Source: Klebsormidium nitens (Eukaryota > Plantae > Klebsormidiophyceae). Taken from it: 64,000 nt of DNA. Of this stretch, positions 36,801 through 49,383 are shown one piece after another. The notes beneath the pieces are model-generated. The model was not told the DNA's origin and did no database searches. It saw only the letters and a list, made by a program, of their open reading frames with translations. How positions within the stretch are numbered: position 1 is the first letter of the stretch; the number at the start of each line of letters is the position of its first letter. The position numbers and the translations under genes are program-made. The stretch is from contig DF237041.1 in NCBI GenBank assembly GCA_000708835.1, forward strand, positions 148,401 to 212,400, given 5' to 3'.

Positions 36801-39800
36801 CTTGGGCCAGACTCGTGCTGCGTTCTTATCGACCTTGAAAGCTGTACATCCTTCGAATTTCGGCACTGCTTCTTCATAGTGCTGGCACCTGAAGCCCGCT
36901 TTCATGCAGACTGATTCTTGGTCGAGGGACCATTTCGCAAGTGCCCTCTTCAACCTCGACACCCTAAAAGCTGTCCCCCAATCTGCAATTTTCCATGCTC
37001 ACGAGTGCTGACTCCGTGAGCTGCCCCCAATTCGCATCTTGATCCTAGGACTATCAACCGTTTCCCTGTCTGTGCAGCCACGCCCCGAGCCGCTCCCCCG
37101 TCTTTTCCTGCGGCACCAGCGCCGGCGCCTGCGCCAGCACCTGCTCCTGCTCCCCCCCAGCCTCCAGTCGTCCGACCGGCGCCGCCTGCCCCCCAGGCTC
37201 AGCCACCGGAAGCCCGGCGCACGGTCGTCGAGCAGGCATGGGCGGAGGCCGTCAAAATCAGGTGAGCGATTATTTCTAGGGGTTGTGGATTGCCGAATAT
37301 ATGAGCGTTTGCAGACTCCGTGTTGGGCTGCAATCATCAAGATAGCTGATGTCCTTATTTAGATGGGGAGGGCCAACGACTTCCTTGGCTTCAGTAGTAT
37401 TGAGCGCGCGTAAGCTGAGGCTGCCAATCGAAGTTGAAAAAATGTGTTCTTCTGTGTTGGAAGGCTTCTACGCGAAAAGGTCGATCGGCTGCCAAGTACA
37501 CACATGGACTGTCCCACCCATGCTTAACGATGGAAGGAAAATTGCGAACTTTGACCGTCGTGCGCCTTTCTGTGAAGAACGGATAACGAGACTGAGAACT
37601 GGGAAGCTCCTGGTTCCCCGTGTAAATTTCTCCAAATTACATCCACCCTTTTGGGCTTGCGTTCAGCAAATCGATTTTGGATGTCTCTCTACAGGACGGA
37701 CCACGAGAAGGAGAAGCGGCGCGAGGAGCGTAAGCTGCGCAAGCAAGAGAAGGTGGAGCGGGAACAAGAGCTGGAGCGCCTCCACGTGGCCCGAGCAGCC
37801 GCTAAGCAACGGAAGGCCGAGGTGAGTGGCGTCTCGCCATCCTAGTTCATTTCACGGCACCAGTGTGGAATCTCCTCACGAGTTGGGTGATCACCCGGTT
37901 CAATGGAGATCCTGCAAGATGCCTGCCTAGTTTTTCTCAAAACCACAGCGATGTCAATCCGGAAATGTGGTCGGAAAAGGGGTAAGGGGGCTCGTTTGTT
38001 GAGTTGTCGTGTTTTATGAAATGTCGGACCAAGTGTTGAGCATCCCCGCTGCATGAACAGTCTGCACGCGATGACGGTGTTCAGCTTCGCCTCGTACCGC
38101 TCCTCTGTTGGTCACTCACCAGTGCCTCGAGGCCGGGTAATTTCCTGGGCCTTTTATAAAGAGACGCCTGAGGCGGCAGCACATACAACCTTACCACTGC
38201 TGTTTCACTAGATATCGTGAAAAGAGGGCACTAGAAGCAGCACACACCAAACTATATTCTGCTGCTCTACCGGAATATCGTAAGAAGACGCCATATACAG
38301 CAGCACACAGATAAGCTCTGCTGCCCAACAGGAAAAGGCGCGGCGTCACAAGGAGCGCAAGGAACGCGAAGAGAGCGAGAGAACGCGCCTGGCGTCGCAA
38401 GCGTCGCAGCGGGTCGACGACGAGAGCCGGGCGAAAGTGGTTGCAGAGGATGAGCAGATACCCCTGCGACCGGAAACCAGGGCGGTAATCGTAGAGGACA
38501 TGGATGTGGATGGAGCGAACGGTGTGGAGGGCGATGTGAATGGGCTCCGGGAAGGTGTGAATGGCCTCGGGGTAGGTGTAAACGGGCTCGGCGAAGGAGT
38601 TGGAGAAGACTCCGAGGACGAGCCCCTGGTTAGGAAGCGGAAAGCAAGGCCGGAATCGGCATCGACCGGGGCGGACGGAGTTCGGGACGCAAACCGGAAC
38701 GGAATTTTTGAGCGAGGCGGGGGAGCGGGGCCTACGGGACGTGATCCCGAGGACGAGCCGATCCGGAGAGGCAAGCTTCGGAAAGTGGCGGAACTGGGAG
38801 AGGCGGAACGGAAAGACGGAAAGGTTTCGGACGGAGTCTCCAAGCTAGAAAGAGGCGAAACGAACGGGGTAAAGGGAGTGTCGGGAAAGGAGCAAAGCAA
38901 CGGGCTCGTGGGGCATGGTACAGGAGAGAAGCGGAAGGCGGAAGCTAAGGATACAGAAAGGGGAGACGGTGCCGGGGGTGGGTTAAGTTTGGGAATAGGG
39001 GGTGGGTTTTGGGTGGGTTTAGAAACGGCTTCAGGGGCAGGGACAGGTTTGAATTTGGGTTTGGGGACTGATTCCGGTGCGGCGAACGGTTCAAAGGCGG
39101 GGACGGTTCCGGTTGAGAATGAACAAAGGAAAAGGCAAAAAGTGAACGTCGTTGACCTGGCAAGTTCCGAGGAGGAAGCGGTTCACGGTGAAATGGAAAA
39201 CGAGGCCGATGCAAAGAGGAGGGCGGAAAAGGGGAAGGCCAAAGTGGAAGAAGATTCCGAGATGGAAGCGGGCGGAACGACGCAAATGGGAACGGAGACG
39301 GAACAAGACGGAACGGGGATGGTTGTTGAAGAGGGCGGAACAGGACAAACAGAAACGGAAACGGAAGAGGGCGGAACGGAAAAGGAAGCGGAAACGAGGA
39401 GAGCGATCGTGGCAGACGATGATCCGAGGGAGGTCTTGGCGGGGCGGGCAAAGCGGAAACTGCGGCGGTTGGTCGATATTCTAAAGAGTGCGACGGCTCT
39501 TACGAAGGAAGAAGCGCTGGCGGAGGAGGCCTCTCCAGACGGGCCGCGAGAGCCGCCGTTTCTGCGCCCTGCAAAGACTGCCCCTGGTGTGAAAACAACC
39601 CCGGGTGGGAAAGCGCCCGCCATTGCAAAGAAGTCCCCTGCACTGAAAGCTACGCCCATCCTGAAAGCTTCCAGCGACGAGCGGGAGCTTCTTAGCCAAA
39701 CCTTGCCCGCGAATGATGCGGCGGGGCCGTCGGGCGCAAATGGAAACCCTACGGAAAAGCTCCAAGGGGAAGCTTCTGAACCGGCTGGCGAGGATCTACA

Positions 39801-40937
39801 CCAAGCTCCTACGGAGCCTGGGCCGTCCGATGTGAACGGGCACCCGCCGGTGGACGAGAACGGAGCGTACACCACTCCCGACTCGGTGTTTTTCGAATTC
39901 GACGAGGTTCGAAAGGAGTCGGACGTCCTTCCCGGGCACTACTGGGCGCTGTACGACGAAGCGGACGGCATGCCCCGATTCTACGGGCGCATCGACGCGG
40001 TTTGCGCTAACCCGTTCCGGGTGAACCTGACCTGGCTAGAGGCGACCGAGAAGAACCGCGCGGCGTTCTACGGGCGGCACCCCCCGCTGCGGATGGATGA
40101 GATCAGCCCGGGGACGGGGGAGTTTATATTCGGACAGAGCACGCACTTCAATTCGGTCAACAGCCTGGCATATCGGCAGACGGCAATCGAGCCGTTGGAG
40201 GGCGGCGCAAAACTCTTCCCCCGGTGCGGGGAGATCTGGGCGATGTTCGATGCGGAGAGGGGTGCGAAGCGAGACCGGGGGGGCGAGGAAAAGGCAGCGT
40301 TACAGTATGAGTTAGTGGAGATTGTCGGCATTGATGGGGGGTATACGGTGACGAAGCTGGTGCGGTTGCCGCGACACCCGACGCTGTTCCAAGCGGTGCG
40401 GGGGCCGAACGGGAAGCCGCTCAGAGTGCCCGTCAAACCTGCGGTAAGCTTGCCGGTCATTGAACCAGCGGTGTAATTCTGGCCTTGTCTCAGACATAAA
40501 TCAAGATGGAGGGGTTAGGGAAGGATTCTGAAATTGTGCCTCAAACCCACACGAAGCATACATTGACCTTGCGTGTTCAGAATGAAGGTGGTAAGGGTTC
40601 ATCCATTTCTCGATTCTTCACGCACTGCTTCGTCGTGCTTCCTCTTTGCTCTCGGACATGGAGCAGTTCCAGCTCCTTACTTCAATCACCGGCAAAAGTT
40701 GGTAGTCAAACGACTCTTAGTAGTACGACTAACCACACACTTCCCTCAGGCCGTCACCAGTGAATGACCTCTCTCAGGCCTTCGCCATTGCTAAACTTGG
40801 ATAATTCCATGCAGGACGTTCCGCTCTTCTCGCATCGAGTTCTTGGGAAACGGGTGCCTAGAAACCTGATCGAAGTGAATGGAACGAGCCGGAACGTCGA
40901 AGTCTGGGAGCTTGACCCAGCGGCTCTTCCCTACTAG
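33850..40937 (+). CDS. J-domain (DnaJ) protein with zinc ribbon and C-terminal DUF3444; exons 33850-34194, 35048-36494, 37078-37261, 37695-37821, 38332-40443, 40815-40937; about 1445 aa
   Basis: N-terminal AREIALQKMAEKDWEGAKRIWLKAQRLCPDLDGI; J domain DYYGILDV...YKKRAFQLHPDKNQ/QPGAEAAFKILGEAYETL; CPSC-x14-CKC; DUF3444 PDSVFFEFDEVR...GHYWALYDEADGMPRFYGRID...FPRCGEIWAMF...WELDPAALP*. Phases are consistent. Confidence 0.92.
38176..38331 (+). repeat. Three degenerate ~62-bp tandem units ending at the DnaJ exon 5 acceptor
   Basis: gcagcac..ctgctg cores at 38176, 38237 and 38300; the first two are followed by atatcgt(g/a)a; the third ends in the real acceptor caacag|. Confidence 0.55.
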
Positions 40938-41718
40938 TCTGGGTCTGGTAGTTTGATCCACTTTCCATAGAATCCAAGTCCAGATTTCCGACTATTGCCC
41001 ACATGAGGCCATACTTGATTTTGACTTGAGAGAGGCGGTTTCGCAGGAACCGACAGTAAAAATTGCTGCTTTATGCAGATTGTGATTTGTCCAGCTCAGT
41101 CGCTTGTACAGGTTGATAGAAGAACACTGACTCTCCGAGTCGTTAAAAGAGAATTCGGAGATGCAATTGCAGAACGATCTCGACACTGATTGGATCCTGG
41201 AACCATAAATCTGTTCCTCTATTGAGGGTGACCAGGAGCCCGTGGCCCTGGAAGCACATCATTGCCTAACGATGTGCTCCTCAAAAGAAAGAAAGCTCGC
41301 ATGTGTGACGTGTGGGCACTACTTGTTGACATTTATTCGGCTTATACATGTGCCCCGTCGTGTTCAGGCCGAGGGCGAAGTTGACCTGTCACTTTAAGCT
41401 GGCATATGCCATCATAACCGTAATACAAGCAAATACTGACTGAACTTGGACTTGAAAGCTCAGTGTGTACCTTCTTCGTAACTTTATAAGCTGCCATCGA
41501 TCTAGAGCTGTAGTCTAGAACAGCTTATTACTTGTCATATAGGTACATGTATACTGCTCAATCGGACATCATTATGCTCAGTGCGTGCGTACCACGCAGC
41601 GCCTGACTCGATCATGAATAGTCGGGCCGCCACTTGGTCTCTTGTTGAAGTTGTGGCGGCCGCCATGATTGCCGCGCATGCCATGCATCATTGGCCATCA
41701 TGGGGCAGTTATGATACT

Positions 41719-41891
41719 GGTAACTCTCATTGCACTTAGGAGCCATTTCACTTAGGATCCGAGCTACCCGGGCAAACAAACTAAAAATCTTAACCAAACT
41801 AACCACCCGCTCCGCACTCAAACCCACCCTACCCGTCTCCCGGGCGCCTACCTATCCAAAATGATATGGCTCGAGTGAAATGGGAGTTACC
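41719..41891. repeat. Imperfect inverted repeat around a C/A-rich spacer
   Basis: ggtaactctcattgcacttaggagccat (41719-41746) vs atggctcgagtgaaatgggagttacc (41866-41891): 23 complementary positions with one 2-nt gap. Confidence 0.55.
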
Positions 41892-43572
41892 CGAGTGCAC
41901 TTTAATGGTCCTTTTCAGCCCGGTGGAAATCGCGGCAGGTTCCGCGCGCAAGGAGTATAAAGCAGCATAAGCTATGTGACCGTGTGGAAATGTGACCGCA
42001 CGAATTAACTTGAATATCTTGCCCGTGCGCCGTGCTCCCGCCGGTACTGCCTACTACTGCGGCGTGCCGCCCGAGATTTTGTGCGCCGCGCAAAATCGCC
42101 AGGAAAATGGGGCAAAATTCGGCCGAATATTCGTTCCGGTTCCGGCGTCTGCAATCTCCTAGGAAATAGTTTCGTGCCGAAAACTACCTGCTTTCAGCAG
42201 CGTAACATGCGAGGTCGGAATGCCCGTAGTGTTACCAGGAGCGACAAACACTGCAAGTTTCGAGAGGTGTTCGGCCCGGTGAAAAACGTGCTCGTGACGT
42301 TGAAAACCCGTTTAATTGGGCATACCTGCAAAACGCGCTCTCAAAACGCGCTTTCTGGCCGGCCAGGTGGGCCTCCGGCACCTCATCTAACAATACGCGT
42401 GACGTCGTCTCGAATGTCGTCATTTCCCGGTCAGACCACGGTGTGTGGGCGGGGCTCGTCACCGGGCGGACCGTATGTAGGAAGTACAGTTCTCCCGGTC
42501 TCATATTAGCTCTCGGTTGAACGCATCCCTGAGGGAGCCCTCCGACGTCAATGCCGATGCACAAGACGTGCGGCACGCCAATCATCACCCGTGACGTGCG
42601 GAATCAGGTCCGTGTCAACCGGTTCGTAACGCAAAGCTAAACGCGCAGTGTGCGTCGCCTGCTGATGCAGTCGGTTCACTGCAAACCATGGGCGATGCTG
42701 ACTCAGAAGAAGTCCAGTAACGGACTCGACCGCTCTAATCTGCCGGTTGCCATTGCTGCTCACAATCTCGCAACTTGACTGTAGACCTAGGTTTGGCATA
42801 GCCAAGTACACCTGTAGGTTTGGGCTCATATTACCGGTGTTGAAGTTATCTTTGAAGAAGGTGGATTCCAGCTACACTCGATTCGAGATTTCACTCAGAA
42901 TGACCAGACGTAATAATAATACTAGTGCTGAGTAGGTTGTACTACGTCAGTTACTTCTTAGCTGGGACGTACCTGCTTAGCAGGACCACCTCAGTGTGGC
43001 ACCCTAGCATCATGTTAGTGTCAGCTGAAGCTCGCAGCATGTCGCGGCCTTTTACCCCTTGCCATAAAGGTCGAGACTGGTCGTACGGAAAGTTCAACTC
43101 CTCACTTCTGCTGATGCGACAATCATAAGAAGCAAGAGGGAACAGCGATAGAGTGCTACTTAGGAAGAATCCATGTGCAATCTATACCGTAGCAGTATCA
43201 TGGATAGAGGATCGCCAAACCCCGGCACAGACTATGACTCTGAGTATCAGGCTGGCCTTCTCACAGCAATAGTCAGCGCACCATACCTCATTTGGGTAAG
43301 TAAATTTAGGATGCTTTTCCCCTCGAATTTCTGAACGGCAATCTCTTGCCAACAGCTGGCTCCCAGACTGGTACTAAAGCGCTGCAATTGGCCGTTCCTG
43401 CTTTGATAAACTCAGAAAGGCGCCAACACCTTCACTGCCCTATCCTCTCAGGCTGGTCGTCACAACTTTTGCATCGGCTACGGGGCAGTGACTCTCCCTT
43501 TCAAAGCTCTCTGCAGCAGCCCACAATACTTCTCCCCCACCAGTCAAAGGGCGCAATCCGCACCCCCCAACA

Positions 43573-46500
43573 ATGGCCCCTACGCAGCAAGCTTTCCGCG
43601 CGAGCCGCCTCGTCGTTGCGGTGCTTTTGATCTCCTCTGGTGGGGCGGCCTTCGCCAACAAGTGCTGCACGGAGCTGAACTTGTTTCAGCAGCCAGCGGG
43701 TGCAGCTGCCCCGGTCTATGTGCGCTCCTTCCCCGTGCCCGGGGATGACGGGATTCCGGACCCGGGAGCAGGGCTGTTTTTCACGTGCACGCAACAGGTG
43801 AGCATCACAGGAAATTCTGGCTGCTAACCGTGCTGATTACCAGACTCGAGTCTCAGGTTATTTGTAGCCTTGTTTCAAGGCTGGTTACCGCCCAGATCTG
43901 GCTACTGGACACTCAACCACTTTGAATACAGCCCATAGCCAGCTCATAACCATCATGGTTATGGGCCAAAAACTCCTGTGCATCCTTGACACCGGAACTA
44001 GTCTTGTGCAGAATGGCTCAGACACAGTAAGGTTAGTGCTGTGAAGAGTGCTTTCTAACCCTCCAACCCCCTGGAATAGAGCTTCAACGGGGCCAGGGAA
44101 GGATAGCGCAAAGATAGCGAATCGCACAACCTATGATTCAGTTTCTTGTAGAGCCCAATGAGTCACCACCAAGCGACTGTCTTCTGAGCATGTGCTATCA
44201 CTTGAGGCAAGTCTCGAAAGCCCGCGTGTTGCATTGAGGAAAAGGTCCGCCCCTCTTGCAAAAGGCTTCTCAACATTCTTCTGAAGCGGACTTGTAAGCC
44301 CACCTTGCAAACTCCCCACGTGGTTCAGATTAACTCTACAGCTTGGCAAGGAAAACGTACGGTGATTTCTATGTAGCGCTGAAGGATAGAAAGGGGTGGT
44401 TGTTCTGGGGGGTTTTGGGTGGATACGAGAGTGGAGCAAAACAGAGTCGTGTCCAACTTCTATCTCTTCACTTCTTGATAATTGAGTCAAAGTAGCCGTT
44501 TTGAATAGAACCGACTTCGACTGATATCCTTGTCGAAGCCCAACTACATGACGTCAGCAACGTAACAGCTGAAGATCCCCCACACCCTACTGTCCAGCCT
44601 GCGTGCGTCGACAAGCAGGGCACATGCGCGCCTGGAGCATGATAGAGTCATGTCAAACTTCTATCTCTTTACTGCTTGATAATCGAATCAAAGTAGCCGT
44701 TTGGAATAGAATTGACTTCGACTGATATCCTTGTCGAAGCCCAACTACATGACGTCAGCAACGTAACAGCTGAAGACCCCCCACACCCTACTGTCCAGCC
44801 TGCGTGCGTCGACAAGCAGGGCGCGTGCGCGCCCGCCAAGACGATCGACAAGATCACCAAGAAGCCCGTGTGGAACTGCTACTGCGTCATCGACCCCAAG
44901 AAGGGCTGCAAGACCCGGCGCCGCTCAAGGGCCCTTCTGCAGACGGAGACCATAAACTGCTGCTCCGGTGAGGCTGGCAGAAGCTGTCCTGATCCTGAAA
45001 ACCCCTGAAGCTCCATCTCGGTCGACTTTCGCACCAGCATTACGACAGACTGCGGATTCGCTTCGCAAGACAGCCGACCGAAGCAATTGGGACTGCTCTG
45101 ACTTGTCCATATCTTTCAGCAGTCAATCGAAGTGCACTGACGTTGATCCTAGTCCTTTCCTTTTTGATCGCAGCTGGAATTGGCGACCCCCACTTCACAT
45201 CGCTCCAAGGGCAGGGCTACGACTTCCAGGGCTTCGGCGGCGCCTCGTTCTGCCTCCTGTCGCAGCACAACATGCACATCAACGCGCGTTTTATCGCCGG
45301 CGCGGCGGCAAACTCAACCCAAACGTGGATGGACGCCCTATCGCTTATGACGGTCGGGGCGGACGGGGCCAGCCACACCCTCGAGCTGTCTCTGGGGCAG
45401 GTGAGGATCCCGATCTAGTTCGTATGAGCTGCTAGAAACTTATTCATATGTGCGTGCATTTAAGAGCTTGGAGCTCACCCGCCGCTTAGCAAGCTCGTGA
45501 GCATTCTGTTTCTCAGGGACAGGCCATCGGGCAACTGGGGAAGTTGATTCTGCCCTTTCTGCTTGCGCTCAGTGTCGAATCCCGTTCGGTTGTCGCATCT
45601 GGGCCCTGTCTTTTGCCCCACACGAGAGCAGCTACTCATTCCCGTGCTGCCCAGCTCCGGGACTCCCTTCTCCATTTTTGACAACTCTTTTCATCGAAGT
45701 CAATGATTGTCTACCGTGAGGTGCCAGCTGTCACCAAGACGCTGACAGCTGTCCGTCCGGAATCGGTTACCTGGGGTTCGTTCAAAGTACCCACCGCCGT
45801 CACGTTATTCTTTCTTGCGTCGTAAAATTCACCAACTTACTCAAACAGCTGATCCTATGCGCTTCTGATCCTGTCCGAACAGCTTCATTTTTGACTTCGT
45901 AAAACAATTTGGTCCTTATACCGTCCAAAAAGCTTCGACTCTGGCCCCGTCTGAAGAGCTTCGTCTCAGATCCCATCCGGAAAGCTTTGATCATCATAGA
46001 TTACCAGAATAAGTTCGTCTTGCTCCTGTCCGGGAGCCTCCAGCTGTGGATAATTTCGGAGAGCTTCTCTCTTGTGTCTGAAAAGCTCAAATCATAGTCA
46101 CTCAGCGAACCTTCCCCAGCTCACCATCGCCTTTCCCCCAGGTCGTGTCCGAGGACGCATGGACCGTCCGCTTCGATGACGCGCCCGTCGCGCTGCCCGA
46201 CCCGTCCGCCACGTGGCTCGATGACGTCATCCATCTGGAGCGGGAGGAGAGCCACCGGCTGACGTTGCTGGTCAAGGACCGGGTGTGCCTCGAGATCTTC
46301 GTGCTGTACGACGAGAACATCGCCCCGGTGGAACTCCCCGACCGCCCGTACGGGGGCCGGTACCTCAACTTCCAAATCAGCATGCTGGTCGCCGCGAACG
46401 ACGCGCACGGGGTGCTTGGGCAGACGGTCCGGCCCACCGGGTAAGTTTGTGAAGAAACCTGTTAGTCGAATGGAGCGTTCTCTGTTTGTGTTCTGCTGAG

Positions 46501-47066
46501 TGCATTCAAGTGCATTAACTCGTGTGCTGGTTGTTTCTCATGGTGAAAGGTGCAGCCTCGTCTCTGGTTCCAGATTTCGGACAATGATTGAGTACTCTAT
46601 ATCGTGTAAGGCTCGGATGACAAAAACCTGGCAAAGTTGTCGATATTAACGAATGCGATAGCCTGACAAGAAACGGATGGACTCAAGAACAAAGGAATCG
46701 GGGGAGAGAATCGAACGGCTTTTAGGCAACGAACGAGTTCGAAGGAAGATCAACTGTATCGCAATTCTAAGTTGAGATGCTTTCGAATCCAACGGCCTTT
46801 CACAGCACCGTCTACGAACTTCCCGCACATCCCGCAGGAACGGCGCCTCCATCGTGGAGGGAAAAGACCTCGACTACGTCACGTCCTCGCTGACGTCATC
46901 TGACTGCACGTTCGACCGCTACCGCGGCGACCGGGACGATCTGACGGCCACGAACGCGCGCCAGGTGCTGTCCGTCGGATTGGATGGCCACGAGGACGAG
47001 ACCCCCCTCGTCACCTTTAGCTCTGGAAACGGAATCAAGTGGAGCGTTTCAGTCGCTGACAATTGA
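43573..47066 (+). CDS. Secreted Cys-rich Root_cap / LEA-related protein with GDPH motif; exons 43573-43797, 44799-44967, 45174-45400, 46142-46440, 46838-47066; about 382 aa
   Basis: Signal-peptide-like LVVAVLLISSGGAAFA; Cys-rich N-domain; GIGDPHFTSLQGQGYDFQG...FCLLSQHNMHINARFI...TWMDAL; YLNFQI...DAHGVLGQT; EGKDLDYVTSSLTSSDCTFDRY are hallmarks of the Root_cap family. Confidence 0.85.
44443..44833 (+). repeat. 201-bp-period tandem duplication of intron 1 end plus start of exon 2 of the Root_cap gene
   Basis: Near-identical ctgatatccttgtcgaagcccaactacatgacgtcagcaacgtaacagctgaaga(t/c)cccccacaccctactgtccag|cctgcgtgcgtcgacaagcagggc; acceptor AGs end at 44597 and 44798. Confidence 0.9.
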
Positions 47067-48695
47067 GGTCAAAGGGCTTTTAGGTTGACGGCGGGTTGAA
47101 TGTTTTGCCAAAACTGCGGGGTTGCCTGAAGATGGCATACAGAACCTCAGAACGACGGTTAAGTAGAGGGCTTGAGTGCGTGAACTTTCAAACGCCTTCA
47201 GGGCTCGGTCTTCAGTCATGGATTTCTAGGGAGGAGGGGGGTTTGAAATGACGTCGTAGACGTTCCAAGAAACAAGTCAAGGTTTTGATTTCGGGAAGAG
47301 GGAACGGCAGAAAACAGAGGAGGAGACGGCTCGGAATGAGCCTCGAGTAACGAACCAGTCGGAATCAGTTTGCTACGTGCTTTCTCATGTATACTATCTT
47401 TGCGTCGTCATCAGTGCTTAGCACTGAGCAAAGCTTTTGGGTCAAACGTAAGGACGACCGTCAAGCAGCATCCGTGGTCGATTCCCGTATTTACAGTTGT
47501 TCATGCTTTTGGACAGCAGGCCCCCTCCTTTCATCTAGTCAAAGTCATTGGACCAGACAAACTTTAGTCAAAGTCACGTATTTCTGATTTCTTACTGTGT
47601 GTTTGTTCGTGTATCATAGTAGTATGAACATTTCCAGATGTGTAGGTGTTTGTGGAAAAGCTGAGTCAAGTAGACACGGCTTGAATAGGACTTGGTGTTT
47701 CTATTTGATGTTGAAGGGATCTGGGGAAGGCCGGGCTAAGTCAACCATCAGCTTTTATGTGCTTTGTCGTGTTCAGGCAAAGATTGACAATTCCTCTCTA
47801 CTTGCATATGCCATCCATATAAGACCTTAAGCGAACAAGCTGCAGGACTTGCATGTGTACGAACGTTGTGCAGCTTTCAGCATGTAGGGCTGTTTAAGCA
47901 TGCTACCTAAGCAATACGTGTTGGTTTAGTTGGACGATTTCAGGTTCGATCTACAGTCGATGTTCGACTTAGGAGAATTGAAGAATTGACAGCATGAAGC
48001 AGACCTCACCTTTTAGTCTAGGCCGTCAGTCACCAGCCATGCAATGATCAGGATTCCCCCGCCCTTGCGACGGTGTATTATATACGATGCGATGGTCCAC
48101 ATGCGGGCTTGTGATATGCTGCATGCGCGGACGAGCAGCAGTGGCCCGCCGGAAATTAGAGTCAGTGGACAGCATAAGTTAGCCATTGAATGTCGTGCAG
48201 CGGCATGCTGTATCATGCGCGGAAAGTGCATTTTATTTGGCATCATTACAGCCCATGCAGACCAACATCAATGACACAGCATATCAACGAAAAGGACTTC
48301 GAACACATCGCAAGCTGCAAGCTAGAACGATCGTTGTGCTTCTTTTGCTTGCTGGTAAATCGGGGAACGCCGTTTCTCATGACAGAAAGAGTCAGTGTCT
48401 ACTCCACAAAGCAAGCACGCGGAAGTACGGCTTCCCCTATGGCACCGGAAGAAGACAGGTCATGTTGGAGAAGCCTAAGGACTCTTGGGGCCCCGAACTT
48501 TTACGAGGGCTAAATTCCGCGGAGTCCAATAAATTTGCTTTGACGAAGAATCGTAGGTTGGACCTCAGTTGAACGTAAGTAAGATCTTGTCATGTGGAAC
48601 ATTTGAGGTCTGTCTCATAAGCTTAAGTTGTGTCATCAGTGAGCGCTTTCGATCTTAATAAGGGCTGCTTCCACAAAAGCTCGCAGAAACCTTAC

Positions 48696-49383
48696 TTAAG
48701 CACCGAGTAAATCGTGTAACCGTACCAGTGGAACGACGGTCCGCTGTACAATAAAGGTTTTCAAGTAAGGAGGTTGGTTGACACAATTACACCAATTCTC
48801 AATCTCCTGGAGCTCACACTCTGCGCTCGCAAGCTTATCTTCAATCTCAAGGATCACCTTTTCTACTCCCTTCTTCAACTGTCGTCCTCCGTCGGGCGTT
48901 GCTTCCGTTCGCTTCGCGACCGTTGGATTGGCTGTATTGTCTTGCCCTGAATAAAGGCCCGGCGTTAAGGACACTTTCCCATCGTTTGTATGTCTGCTGA
49001 CGATGCTTGAGTTTCTTCAATAAGCGATTGACCTGGTCCATGTCGGCTCTGTAAACCTCCAGGTATAGCAGCATAAGGGAAGCCATCTCCATGCTAAAAC
49101 CACGTCCACCTATGCGGCCGCTGCTCAGAGCGTCGTCCATCCTCAGGTTTGCCAAGTGAAAACAAACGCTAAGCAATCGGCATCGTCTTTTGAATATTCT
49201 GTACCGGTGCTCATACACGACAATAGGGATCAGAAATCGTTTGGCGATGTCATTTAAACTGCGTGCCACGCAAGCGAGCGAGGACACGTCCGCAACGCTC
49301 AGCAGGTCTCCCCGCTGGATAAGAATGTTCATGACGTCAGCAAAGGTTTCATTGTCGTCACCCGTGGCCGCTTCCATATTCAT
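48696..49383 (-). pseudogene. Intron-less F-box-like ORF with apparent frameshift
   Basis: MNMEAATGDDNETFADVMNILIQRGDLLSVADVSSLACVARSLNDIA resembles an F-box. The frame shifts near 48975-49000 into a coiled-coil-like tail (VEKVILEIEDKLASAECELQEIENW). F-box assignment is by eye only. Confidence 0.35.
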
